This document shows, piece by piece, positions 39,031 to 47,822 of a stretch of DNA of 64,000 bases. This stretch comes from Patescibacteria group bacterium (lineage in GTDB: Bacteria > Patescibacteriota > Minisyncoccia > UBA6257 > 2-01-FULL-56-20), in the NCBI GenBank assembly GCA_018971305.1, contig JAGXBC010000001.1, positions 245,687 to 309,686 on the forward strand, written 5' to 3'. Position 1 is the stretch's first letter, and every line of letters starts with the position of its first letter. The notes under the pieces are model-generated. The model searched no databases. It saw nothing but the letters and a program-made list of their open reading frames with translations, and had not been told where the DNA came from. The position numbers were made by a program, and so were the translations under genes.

Positions 39031-40257
39031 ATGAATATGAGCGATAACGATAAAATAAAAGAAGTTTTGAACCGCTCCGTGAGTGCGATTTATCCTTCGC
39101 GTGAGGCGCTGGAAAAGGCACTAAGCTCCGGCAAGAAACTCAAAATATATCTCGGTGTTGACCCGACCGGGCCGCATTTACACCTTGGACAGCTTACTAA
39201 TCTTTTACTGCTCAAAAAGCTGCAAAATCTGGGGCACGAAATAATATTCCTTATAGGAGATTTTACGGGCCGCATCGGCGATCCGACGGACAAGCTTGCT
39301 ACTAGAAAACAACTTACAGAAAAAGACGTTGCTATAAATATGAAAACATTCAAGGAGCAGGTCGGTAGGATAATAAATTTTAGCGGTAAAAACGCCGTAA
39401 AAATCGCCTTCAACTCCAAATGGCTCGCCAAAATGACTCTTACCGATTGGATCGGGATTTCAGCGAACGTTACGGTCCAACAGATGATAGAAAGAGATAT
39501 GTTTCGGGAGCGCTTAAAGGGGGGGAAACCGATTTTCATACATGAATTTTTTTACCCTTTGATGCAGGGATACGACTCTGTTGCTATGGATGTTGACATG
39601 GAGATCGGCGGCAATGACCAAACATTCAATATGCTTATGGGTCGCCACCTGATGAAAACCTATAAGAATAAAGAGAAATTTGTTCTGACGACAAAACTTC
39701 TGGAGCATCCTAAAACCGGCAGGAAATTAATGAACAAAAGTGAGGGGGGGATGATAAATCTGGACGACGAGCCGGCAGATATTTTTGGCAAAGTTATGGC
39801 GCTGGACGATGTTTCCATTGTGCCAGTTGCCGAGCTGTGCACGGAGATGCCGCTGGCAGACGTTGAGAAAATTAAAAAAACTCTCGTGGATGGAAAATCC
39901 AACCCGCGTGACTCCAAGTTTGATGTTGCCGAAGCGGTCGTCAAAACTATTTATGGCGAAAAGGAGGCCGCCGCCGCCCGCGCAAGATACATAGAAATGT
40001 TTTCCAAAAAAGAAATACCCGAAGATTTGCCGGTATATAAGATTGTAGAGAACAATCTAACCGCTTTCGGTACTATTGCCACCATAATCAAGGCGATTGA
40101 ACATAGGGATATAAGCAATAGCGAGGCGCGGCGGCTCGTAGAGCATGGAGGATTTGAGGTGGCAGGTACTGTTAAAAAAGACCCAAAAGAAAAAATAAAT
40201 TTAAAAGGCGGGGAAATAATTAGAATCGGAAAGAAAAAGTTTTTTAGGGTAGGATAA
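39031..40257 (+). CDS. tyrS: Tyrosine--tRNA ligase
   Basis: G.DPT...LHLG, YPLMQGYD, GG.DQ.FN, LMNKS (KMSKS variant), C-terminal S4. Confidence 0.97.
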   Translation: MNMSDNDKIKEVLNRSVSAIYPSREALEKALSSGKKLKIYLGVDPTGPHLHLGQLTNLLLLKKLQNLGHEIIFLIGDFTGRIGDPTDKLATRKQLTEKDVAINMKTFKEQVGRIINFSGKNAVKIAFNSKWLAKMTLTDWIGISANVTVQQMIERDMFRERLKGGKPIFIHEFFYPLMQGYDSVAMDVDMEIGGNDQTFNMLMGRHLMKTYKNKEKFVLTTKLLEHPKTGRKLMNKSEGGMINLDDEPADIFGKVMALDDVSIVPVAELCTEMPLADVEKIKKTLVDGKSNPRDSKFDVAEAVVKTIYGEKEAAAARARYIEMFSKKEIPEDLPVYKIVENNLTAFGTIATIIKAIEHRDISNSEARRLVEHGGFEVAGTVKKDPKEKINLKGGEIIRIGKKKFFRVG

Positions 40258-40293
40258 TAACAGCGGAGTTTGAATATCTTCGGACGGAATATC

Positions 40294-40448
40294 AAAAAAA
40301 GAAGCCCCCGCAAAAAAGCGAGGGAGTTTGAGTCGGGGGTTTGTGCCCAAAGGGTTTTATCCCGACTAAGGCTTTACGGACGAGCCCTCACGCTCAGGTG
40401 TGACGCTGCGCAGTGAGCAGAAGACTCATAAAGAGCCTAAGTGTACTG
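40294..40448 (-). ncRNA. Candidate orphan structured RNA (~150 nt)
   Basis: TTGATA-17-TATAAT promoter (40482-40454), boxA-like GCTCTTTA, two stem-loops, terminator with U7; only an 11-codon ORF. Confidence 0.6.
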
Positions 40449-40539
40449 GCTAAATTATATGTCGGATTGCGATGTTTATCAAGTAGTATGGTATGGCAAT
40501 ATTTTTGACGAAAGAACGGTTTATATTTTTAGATAACAA

Positions 40540-41238
40540 TTAATTTATTGTAAGTTTGGACAGAACAGTATTCGCCGCATCAATATCTTTCTGCAAAGTA
40601 TAGCCGTTATTTGTCAGGTAAATCGAATATACAAGATTATTTTTCGTCACAAAGTATTCGCGGAAAGTAAATCCGTTGAACGAAGCGAACGCTTCCATCC
40701 CGGGTAGTCCGGCGATGGTTACGCTTGTAGTCGCCAATATCGGAGTAGGATAAAATTGCGGGAATTCCTTGCCCTGAAGTGTTTTGGCGTACCAATCTTC
40801 TACTGGGAGTGTGTTCTTGTCGTAATAAACCCGCATTACAACGCTAAACACCTCATCACCGTGTTCCGGGGAATCAATATTTCTTTGCTCGTAATTATTA
40901 GTCGGGCTGCCGGAATATTTTCGCGAATCTCTTAGTGTCCATGTTCCGGGATAGCTCACATTGTAACCGTAGGTCGGGTCGGTGAATATCTGCCACGAGA
41001 TTGTGTTGGCTTTAGGTTCGGTTGGTTTACTGCTTGATGCAGCTGGAGGTGGCTGGGGGACTCTAGTTTGGTCCAGGAACGCGTTTGTCGGGGATGTGCT
41101 TGTAGCTGTGACGGCATTTCCCTCCGGAGTATTATTCACCGATCCGGTTCTTAATACTGTATACAACCAAACGCCGGCGAGAATAGTTACAGATACCAAA
41201 AAAACTATTATTATCTTTTTTAGCCACTGTCTTTCCAT
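40540..41238 (-). CDS. Membrane-anchored PsbP/DcrB-like fold protein
   Basis: TM plus P/T linker, W..F....YGY..SYP..W, TIAG.PG. Confidence 0.65.
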   Translation of the reverse strand: MERQWLKKIIIVFLVSVTILAGVWLYTVLRTGSVNNTPEGNAVTATSTSPTNAFLDQTRVPQPPPAASSSKPTEPKANTISWQIFTDPTYGYNVSYPGTWTLRDSRKYSGSPTNNYEQRNIDSPEHGDEVFSVVMRVYYDKNTLPVEDWYAKTLQGKEFPQFYPTPILATTSVTIAGLPGMEAFASFNGFTFREYFVTKNNLVYSIYLTNNGYTLQKDIDAANTVLSKLTIN

Positions 41239-41341
41239 TTAGTTTATTATAGCAGTCCAGATGCTATGAAAGATTTATGCTATAAAAAAATAAAACCGCC
41301 ATGCAACGTGGCGGCTCGTTTAATATTATCGGCAATATCTA

Positions 41342-41839
41342 TTATGGGGTTTCTCCCTGGGGTTCCGGCGGGGCTTCTCCCCGATTTTCAATTTCCATGA
41401 ACATTCTACCAATGAGGTCAACAGTTAAATTAGTTTTTTCATCAGTCATTGTTTCCAGCAAGAGTTCCTCTGTTACAAAAATAGGAACTTCGAATTTTAA
41501 TGCCAGTGCAACGGCATCACTCGGTCGGCAATCAAGAGACGTTTTTTCTCCGTTCCGGTCTAAGTGAATAAGGGCATAGAAAACATCATCCTTTATTTCG
41601 GTAATAACCGCCTTAGTCATCATCGCCCCCAAAGACACGACTGCATTCTTTAATAGATCGTAAGGCATTGGCCGGGGTGGTTCAATTTTGTTGGCCGCAG
41701 CTAAGATTTGCTGAGCTTCCCATGGTCCTATCCATATCGGTATCGGCGAGTTAGTTATCTTATTCCTCACAAGAAGGATTAAATCGCCATTAATAAAAAC
41801 TATGCTGTTTTCCGGATTTACGGTTACCTCTATTTCCAT
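41342..41839 (-). CDS. Bifunctional nuclease (BFN/DUF151) family protein
   Basis: IPIWIG..EA, PRPMPYDL, FYA.I, DCRPSDAVALAL...PI.V. Confidence 0.92.
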   Translation of the reverse strand: MEIEVTVNPENSIVFINGDLILLVRNKITNSPIPIWIGPWEAQQILAAANKIEPPRPMPYDLLKNAVVSLGAMMTKAVITEIKDDVFYALIHLDRNGEKTSLDCRPSDAVALALKFEVPIFVTEELLLETMTDEKTNLTVDLIGRMFMEIENRGEAPPEPQGETP

Positions 41840-41958
41840 GTAAACACCTCGATAATGCTAAATATTCTAAGGCGAATTTTAATGGTTGCTGGAGGTTTAG
41901 TCAAATATTTATTGTCTTGGCTAGCTTTGTGTCTGCCGGATAAAATAAAAAAACAGGG

Positions 41959-42324
41959 CTAATTGATAATAGTCCTGTCGGGTGTATATTTTTTCATCAG
42001 ATTGGAAGATTCCGGTTCCAGCGGTTTGCCTTCGCCCCAGATTTTCCTGTTTCCGGGAGGGGCGCAGTCGTCGTGGGCGTACAGCAACCCTCTTTTCAAG
42101 TCATTGAATTCCGCGATCCTTTCCAGCGGCATTATCGGACATTCGCAAAAGATGCACAATACGCAATATTTATTGGAATAGGCCTGAAGGCATTCGCGGC
42201 AGGCGTGGAAATTATCCGGGAGAGATTCAATAATCGCCCGTCGCCCAAGGATAACTATATCAATAGGTAGGTTTATCTCGTGCTCGCAGTGCGGAAAGTT
42301 TTTTAAGGACGACCTAGCGAACAT
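41959..42324 (-). CDS. Small Cys/His-rich, probably Zn-binding hypothetical protein
   Basis: C.H, CREC, CIFC and HDDC; GGAGGTG SD; TTGACT...CATAAT promoter. Confidence 0.6.
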   Translation of the reverse strand: MFARSSLKNFPHCEHEINLPIDIVILGRRAIIESLPDNFHACRECLQAYSNKYCVLCIFCECPIMPLERIAEFNDLKRGLLYAHDDCAPPGNRKIWGEGKPLEPESSNLMKKYTPDRTIIN

Positions 42325-42393
42325 TGTTCACCTCCAGGTCACAATTTATTCTATTTCTGATATTATGCGCGCCACGAGGATAAGTCAAAAATG

Positions 42394-42413
42394 AACCGCC
42401 AGTAATGGCGGTT
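42394..42413 (-). terminator. Intrinsic terminator
   Basis: AACCGCCA/TGGCGGTT stem directly after the 56-aa ORF. Confidence 0.6.
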
Positions 42414-42418
42414 TATGG

Positions 42419-42589
42419 TTAGTTCTTGCTCTCTCTAATTCCTTTTTCAACCGCATTTTTAATGACTATGTGAAGTAGTGCTATTAAGGATATCCCTGCT
42501 ACAAAAAGTCCGATAGTCCTCGGAAGAAAATTAAAAATTAAATCCAGAAGAGAAATACCACCACCCACCAGAAGAATTATATATTCCAT
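42419..42589 (-). CDS. Small two-TM membrane protein (56 aa), absent from the ORF track
   Basis: MEYIILLVGGGISLLDLIFNFLPRTIGLFVAGISLIALLHIVIKNAVEKGIRESKN*; TGATATAAT just upstream; terminator downstream. Confidence 0.6.
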   Translation of the reverse strand: MEYIILLVGGGISLLDLIFNFLPRTIGLFVAGISLIALLHIVIKNAVEKGIRESKN

Positions 42590-42733
42590 TTCTATATAAT
42601 TATATCATGTTTTTCTCTGAGATCAGGGTAGTTGGGATAATCGCTACTGGCGGAGGTGAATAACCAACGCTACGAAAATATTCTAACTGCCCTGATTTAA
42701 GAGAAATTATGTAGTGATGGAATAGGTACCGAG

Positions 42734-42742
42734 TTATCCACA
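42734..42742 (+). promoter_or_regulatory. Perfect DnaA box TTATCCACA
   Basis: Exact match, immediately 5' of the -35 of the candidate sRNA promoter. Confidence 0.5.
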
Positions 42743-42775
42743 GGTGACAATTTTGTGGTGTGCTATAGTATATTT

Positions 42776-42879
42776 AGTCTCACTGACAATTTCATACCTT
42801 TATTATTTTCTCGTCATACTTGCCGAGACGCATTCATACACTTAGCTGGCTTCCCCTGGGAATGACCAGCTCTTTTTTT
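42776..42879 (+). ncRNA. Candidate sRNA with three TCATAC motifs
   Basis: GTGACA/TGCTATAGT promoter; TCATAC at 42792, 42814 and 42834; AGCTGG/CCAGCT terminator with U7. Confidence 0.5.
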
Positions 42880-42896
42880 ACAAAAAGTTTCGCAAC

Positions 42897-42930
42897 AAAA
42901 AACCGCCCCAATTTTTATCGGGACGGTTTT
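42897..42930 (-). terminator. pnp terminator
   Basis: AAAACCG.CCC/GGG.CGGTTTT inverted repeat. Confidence 0.6.
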
Positions 42931-42965
42931 GCATTTCTGTTCTATGCTCCGTGTTCTATGGTTTA

Positions 42966-45068
42966 TTATTTCCCTTCCATCTGTTTTAGCGACAATCCGA
43001 TTCGTCCGTCTTCGTCAGCGCGGATTATTTTCGCCCGCACGAAGTCGCCAACTTTTACGACTTCTTCAACGGTTTTTACATAGCCCTGTTTCAGCTCCGA
43101 GACGTGAATCATTCCGTCTTTGCCTCCGCCCAAATCCATTATCGCGCCGAAGTCCAGTGTTTTAATAATTTTCCCTTCCACGATTTCTCCGACTTTATAT
43201 TCTTTGGTTAGTGCGGTGATTTCGGCGACTGCGGTTTCCACTGTTTTTACATCCGAACCGGAAACGGAGACCGAACCATCCTCCTCAACATCAATCCCGG
43301 CAAGCGCATACTTCTTAATAAGTCCGTTTATCATCTTGCCGCCAGGGCCGATAAGCGAACCGATTTTCTCCGGATTGATCTTCAGCTGGCGGATAATCGG
43401 GACATACTTGGATAATTCCTTTTTCGGCTGAGAAATAACAGATTTAATGAACTGCAGTATCTCTAAACGGGCCTTTTTGGCCTGTTCCAGACCCTTGGCG
43501 AGCATTTCCATTGTTACGCCATCAACTTTTACATCCATTTGCATGGCGTTTACGCCATCGTCCGTGCCAGCAATTTTGAAGTCCATATCGCCGTGGTGGT
43601 CTTCAGGACCCTGAATGTCGGTGAGGACTTTATAATTTTTTTCGTCCTTCATCATCATCCCCATAGCAATTCCGGCTGCCGGTTTTTTTATCGGCACGCC
43701 TGCGTCCATCAAAGACATCACCGAGGCGCAGACCGTTGCCATAGAAGACGAGCCGTTGGAAGACAAGATTTCCGAAACTACGCGAATTGTGTACGGGAAT
43801 TCTTCTTTGGGAGGAATTAATGGTTCAACAGCTTTGCGCGCTAAGTTGCCATGGCCGATGTCACGGCGTCCTGGTCCGCGGAAGCCGCCGATCTCGCCAA
43901 CCGAGAACGGCGGGAAGTTGTAGTGCAACATAAAGCGGCGCTTACCGGTCATTTCCATTGTTTCTATCATCAATTCCTGCCCCGGAGGCGCGAGGGTTAC
44001 AATGCCCAAGGCCTGCGTGTTGCCGCGAATAAATACGGCCGAGCCGTGCGTGCGCGGGAAGAGTCCGATCTCTCCGTTTAGTGCGCGGAGTTCATCCAGT
44101 TTTCTCCCATCAGGACGCATGTCGCGCTCCAAAACATTTTTATGCACGAGGTCGTTTATAGCTTCTTCGAATAAAAAGTCCGCGGCTTTGAAATTCGGTT
44201 CCGGGAACTTTTCTTTAATGTGCGCAAAATAATCGTGCTTAAGCGCGCCGAGCTTACTTGCGTGTTCCTGTTTGTTTTTCTGGTATACTGCTTCTTCCAG
44301 TTTGTCGTTCAAAAATTCCTCAGTGGCCTTTTTTAATTCCGGATCTGGCTCCGAGAGGGATATTTCCGTTTTCGCCTTACCTACTTCCGCGACTATCTTT
44401 TTCTGGAAATCAATAAGGTTGTTGATATCTTTTTGCGCGAGCTCAAAGCCGGCAATAATATCCTTTTCGTCCGTATCGCTGCCTCCGAGCTCTATCATAT
44501 TTATTTTTCCGTAGGAGCCGGCAACGAAGGAGTCGAATTTGGCTTTGCCATCCACAACCTCGGAATTTGTGGGGTTTACAACGAATTTATCTCCTATTTT
44601 AGCCAAGCGGATGCCTCCAACGGGGCCATTCCAGGGGATATCGGACATGGCGAGTGCTGTGGAGGCCCCGATTAGACCGACGAATTCCGGTTCATTCTGC
44701 TCGTCTATTTCTAATACAGTGACGACAACCTGTATGTCGCGGCGGATGCGGTGGTCAAATAGTGGTCTGATTGTGCGGTCCACCAAGCGTCCGGCGAGGA
44801 TGGCGTCTTCGGATGGCCTGGATTCGCGGCGAACGTAGCGGCTGCCGATGATCTTTCCGGCGGCATAAAATTTCTCTTCGTAGTCGACTCTAAGCGGCAT
44901 ATAGTCCGTGCTCGCGTCGGTTTTAGACATTACGACCGTCGTTAATACGATTGTTTCGCCGTATTTAGCAATGACCGAGGCGTTTGTTTGTCCGGCAAGG
45001 TCGGATACTTCTATCGTCAGAGTTTTCCCTCCTATCTCTGTTTCAAATTTTTTGCGTTGTATTGGCAT
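42966..45068 (-). CDS. pnp: Polyribonucleotide nucleotidyltransferase (PNPase)
   Basis: RL.DRTIRPLF, R.DGR, HYNFPPFSVGE, SNGSSSMA, GDMDFK, KH and S1 domains. Confidence 0.98.
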   Translation of the reverse strand: MPIQRKKFETEIGGKTLTIEVSDLAGQTNASVIAKYGETIVLTTVVMSKTDASTDYMPLRVDYEEKFYAAGKIIGSRYVRRESRPSEDAILAGRLVDRTIRPLFDHRIRRDIQVVVTVLEIDEQNEPEFVGLIGASTALAMSDIPWNGPVGGIRLAKIGDKFVVNPTNSEVVDGKAKFDSFVAGSYGKINMIELGGSDTDEKDIIAGFELAQKDINNLIDFQKKIVAEVGKAKTEISLSEPDPELKKATEEFLNDKLEEAVYQKNKQEHASKLGALKHDYFAHIKEKFPEPNFKAADFLFEEAINDLVHKNVLERDMRPDGRKLDELRALNGEIGLFPRTHGSAVFIRGNTQALGIVTLAPPGQELMIETMEMTGKRRFMLHYNFPPFSVGEIGGFRGPGRRDIGHGNLARKAVEPLIPPKEEFPYTIRVVSEILSSNGSSSMATVCASVMSLMDAGVPIKKPAAGIAMGMMMKDEKNYKVLTDIQGPEDHHGDMDFKIAGTDDGVNAMQMDVKVDGVTMEMLAKGLEQAKKARLEILQFIKSVISQPKKELSKYVPIIRQLKINPEKIGSLIGPGGKMINGLIKKYALAGIDVEEDGSVSVSGSDVKTVETAVAEITALTKEYKVGEIVEGKIIKTLDFGAIMDLGGGKDGMIHVSELKQGYVKTVEEVVKVGDFVRAKIIRADEDGRIGLSLKQMEGK

Positions 45069-45076
45069 AATTTATT

Positions 45077-45616
45077 TTAAGTATTGTTAATTAAATTTTT
45101 GTATGTTGCCATATCTTGCTCGAGGGAGACGATATGATTGCTCATTGATGTTCTATTAGACCTGATTGATAGATACTCTCTTTTTTCCTGGGGTGACATC
45201 GCTTCTAATTCATTAAATATTCTATAAATTTTCTCTACTTTATCTTCTAGGCCGCTTACATCTATATCGGCTATTCCTTTCTTTTTTATTTTTTGTTTCA
45301 TCACGGCTAATGACATCCTCACCTGATCGACGCGCCGACGGTATTTTTTTATCTCTTCCGGGTCTATCGTTTCGTCCTCGGCTTCTGGTAACCTGTCTTC
45401 TCTTAAATGTCTGTCTAGAATATCGTCGATTTTCTGTCTTTTTAACGATTCAGTTTTAAAATCTTCAGCCTGGGTATCTAGCTCGCTTCCTAACCTTTCG
45501 GATTTAGAAACTTCTTTTGCTTTTGCCAATAATTCAGCTTTATTTTTATCGAGTACTTCTTGCAATTCTTTCTGGCTTAGATTGTTTACTTTTTCTCCGG
45601 GGACTTCTTTATTCAT
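45077..45616 (-). CDS. Hypothetical charged helical protein
   Basis: 179-aa ORF inside the rpsO-pnp operon. Confidence 0.6.
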   Translation of the reverse strand: MNKEVPGEKVNNLSQKELQEVLDKNKAELLAKAKEVSKSERLGSELDTQAEDFKTESLKRQKIDDILDRHLREDRLPEAEDETIDPEEIKKYRRRVDQVRMSLAVMKQKIKKKGIADIDVSGLEDKVEKIYRIFNELEAMSPQEKREYLSIRSNRTSMSNHIVSLEQDMATYKNLINNT

Positions 45617-45623
45617 ACTCCGT

Positions 45624-46259
45624 TTAATATCCTCTCTTAATGATTATTTTGGGTATTTCCTCAATGTTTATGAACTTATCCGCGGCGTCTTGAAGTTTCG
45701 CCGAGGCGCTGCGCTTGAAAGCCGCGACTTCCACGAGCCGGCCGACGCCCCATTTTAAGTAGTCTACAAGGGGCAAATGGTCGCCGTCGCCTGTAACGAG
45801 AATAATTACATCTAGAAAAGAAGACATTCTAATGGCATCTACCGCCATGCCGACATCCCAGTCGGCTTTTTTCATTCCACCCGCATAAACCTGCAGGTCT
45901 TTGACGCGAAGTTCAAGTCCGGCATTCTCCAGCGCCTCAAAGAATGCGGCTTCTGTAGACAATACTGGTGCACCGCGGCGCGTTCCGGCAGTCGGTCTCA
46001 CTGGTTGTTCTATTATCCCCTCGCTTTTTACGACGTAGGCCATAGAACGGATAAGCTGCCTGTCGCCGACAAGGTATTTTATAAGTTCTGAATAATTAAC
46101 TCGGCCGTGGTAGAGGTTTTTCGCGGAATGATAAAGATTGTGGACGTCAACGAAGATACCAACGCGTTGATTGGAATATGAGGGGACAGATTTCATTTGC
46201 TTTTCCGGCGTTGAGGAATTATTACGAATTTGCGAATGATCGGATTTTATTTCGGTCAT
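45624..46259 (-). CDS. NYN/LabA (DUF88) PIN-like domain protein
   Basis: IFVDV.NLY, K.DWDVG..VDA, LVTGDGD..PL, A..L...AD.F; start could be 46196. Confidence 0.9.
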   Translation of the reverse strand: MTEIKSDHSQIRNNSSTPEKQMKSVPSYSNQRVGIFVDVHNLYHSAKNLYHGRVNYSELIKYLVGDRQLIRSMAYVVKSEGIIEQPVRPTAGTRRGAPVLSTEAAFFEALENAGLELRVKDLQVYAGGMKKADWDVGMAVDAIRMSSFLDVIILVTGDGDHLPLVDYLKWGVGRLVEVAAFKRSASAKLQDAADKFINIEEIPKIIIKRGY

Positions 46260-46317
46260 TCGTAAACTCGCAAAGTAATTCTCTATCTGCCGGTATTTTA
46301 GTTTTAATTTATTCGGC

Positions 46318-46584
46318 CTATTTCTTTAAATCCAATTTTTTAATAAGTTTTTCGTATTCTTTCTCGTTGTGTTTTTTGAGATAAGAGAGAAGCTTGCGGC
46401 GCTTGGAAACTATTTTTAAAAGCCCACGCCGTGAATGGCGGTCTTTGGCGTTTTTCTTTAAGTGGCTGGCCAATTCGTCAATGCGGCGGGAGAGCATGGC
46501 AATCTGCACCTGAGCAGAGCCAGTGTCTTTATCGTGAACTTTATGTTCGCCGATTATTTTAGATTTTACCCGTTTGGTAAGCAT
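46318..46584 (-). CDS. rpsO: 30S ribosomal protein S15
   Basis: DTGS..VQIA.L..RI..L..HL....KD.HSRRGL...V.KRR.LL.YL. Confidence 0.98.
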   Translation of the reverse strand: MLTKRVKSKIIGEHKVHDKDTGSAQVQIAMLSRRIDELASHLKKNAKDRHSRRGLLKIVSKRRKLLSYLKKHNEKEYEKLIKKLDLKK

Positions 46585-46600
46585 TTAAATTATTATTGAA

Positions 46601-46629
46601 ATTTTATTATCTTTTATCTAAACAATCAA
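46601..46629 (-). promoter_or_regulatory. rpsO sigma70-type promoter
   Basis: TTGATT-17-TAAAAT ending 16 bp before the ATG. Confidence 0.6.
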
Positions 46630-46652
46630 GTATCGGTTTTTTCTTCTTAATG

Positions 46653-46864
46653 AAAAAGTGAGGGGCCGGCCGCGGGATGATGTTGCGATAATGTCCGCGG
46701 CCGGCAGCCTCTGGGCGGTGATGTGGCCGTATAACCCTATGACTGCCACAGCGACACCGCCCTCGCTCAGGGACGCCCACCCGCACGAAGCGACCCCGAG
46801 AATTGGCGCGGGAGCCCGTGTTTCCCGGCCAAAGTCAAAAAACTAAAGAACTTATCAGCGAGTA
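46653..46864 (-). ncRNA. Candidate GC-rich structured ncRNA (~210 nt) with pseudoknot
   Basis: TTGACA-16-TATAAT promoter (46898-46871); H-type pseudoknot; two long hairpins; U-tract; G-U pairs favour the minus strand. Confidence 0.7.
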
Positions 46865-46937
46865 TCGGTAATTATACGCCTTTTACACTATTTGTCAATG
46901 TCAATGTTTTGCGACAGATAAAGTATAATAAAGGAAT

Positions 46938-47822
46938 ATGTCTGATATAGAGAAATTTCTTAATGATTATTTAGCTTATCTGGAGATAGAAAAGAACCGC
47001 TCGCCGAAAACACGGGAGAATTACGAGCGATATTTGGCGGAATTTTTGAAGTTCGCCAGGATAAAGTCGCCGAAGGAAATCACGGAGAATATCGTGCGAG
47101 AGTTCCGCCTTAATTTGGCGCGGAGTGACCGTAAAAAAATTACACAAAATTATTATATAATCGCTTTGCGTAATTTTTTGAAGTATCTCGCCAAGCGCGA
47201 CGTAAAAGTTCTGTCTCCGGAAAAAATAGAATTGCCCAAAATTCCCGAGCGGCAGATAGAGATTTTGGAGTACGGCGATTTGGAGCGGCTCCTGGCAGCT
47301 CCTCGCGGAGGAGGGTTAAGAAGTTTGCGCGATAAGGCTATCCTGGAAGTTTTTTTTTCCACAGGTCTGCGGCTTTCAGAATTATGCAATTTGTCCAGAT
47401 ATATTGATCTGAAACGCGGCGAGTTGTCCGTTCGCGGCAAAGGAGATAAATTAAGAGTTGTCTTCCTTTCTGATTCGGCGAGAGAAGCGATGCAGAAATA
47501 TATTGCGAAACGGACCGATACTGAAGAGTCTTTGTTTATCAGCTTAACCAAAGCCGGAAAAGGAATGGGAAAGATAACGCAGCGTTCCGTGCAGAGGATG
47601 ATAGAGTCCCGAGCCAAAGAAGCCGGCATCCAGAAGAAAATCCACCCGCACCAGTTAAGGCACTCGTTCGCAACAGATTTGCTTGTAAACGGCGCCGATT
47701 TGCGCTCGGTTCAGGAACTTTTGGGCCACGCCAATATTGCGACAACCCAGGTTTACACCCATCTCACGAACAAAGAGTTGCGGGAAATTCATAAAACATT
47801 TCATGCGCGGAGAAGAAGTTAA
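46938..47822 (+). CDS. xerC: Tyrosine recombinase, XerC/XerD family
   Basis: SAM-like N-domain; RD.AILE..FSTGLR.SEL, GKG.K.R, HPHQLRHSFAT, LLGH..I.TTQVYT; XerC versus XerD not resolvable. Confidence 0.9.
   Translation: MSDIEKFLNDYLAYLEIEKNRSPKTRENYERYLAEFLKFARIKSPKEITENIVREFRLNLARSDRKKITQNYYIIALRNFLKYLAKRDVKVLSPEKIELPKIPERQIEILEYGDLERLLAAPRGGGLRSLRDKAILEVFFSTGLRLSELCNLSRYIDLKRGELSVRGKGDKLRVVFLSDSAREAMQKYIAKRTDTEESLFISLTKAGKGMGKITQRSVQRMIESRAKEAGIQKKIHPHQLRHSFATDLLVNGADLRSVQELLGHANIATTQVYTHLTNKELREIHKTFHARRRS

Noticed and set aside
40388-40420. TCAGG...GCAG as SRP RNA helix 8, or a glycine/TPP riboswitch fragment
   Set aside because: No paired stem with GNRA loop between the motifs, other conserved elements are missing, and the promoter is on the opposite strand
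42820-43165. Short plus-strand ORFs near the pnp 3' end
   Set aside because: They cross terminators and lie antisense to pnp
46653-46830. HDV-like ribozyme or RNase P RNA
   Set aside because: Helix order does not fit the HDV nested double pseudoknot, and no GAGGAAAGUCC-type RNase P signature is present
46658-46846. 62-aa plus-strand ORF in the GC-rich spacer
   Set aside because: No RBS or recognisable protein; the promoter, G-U pairs and terminator all point to a minus-strand RNA
46938-47822. Tyrosine recombinase as a prophage or integron integrase
   Set aside because: Size and motifs fit housekeeping XerC/D; no IntI-type insertion, attC array or phage genes seen; no dif-like site recognised
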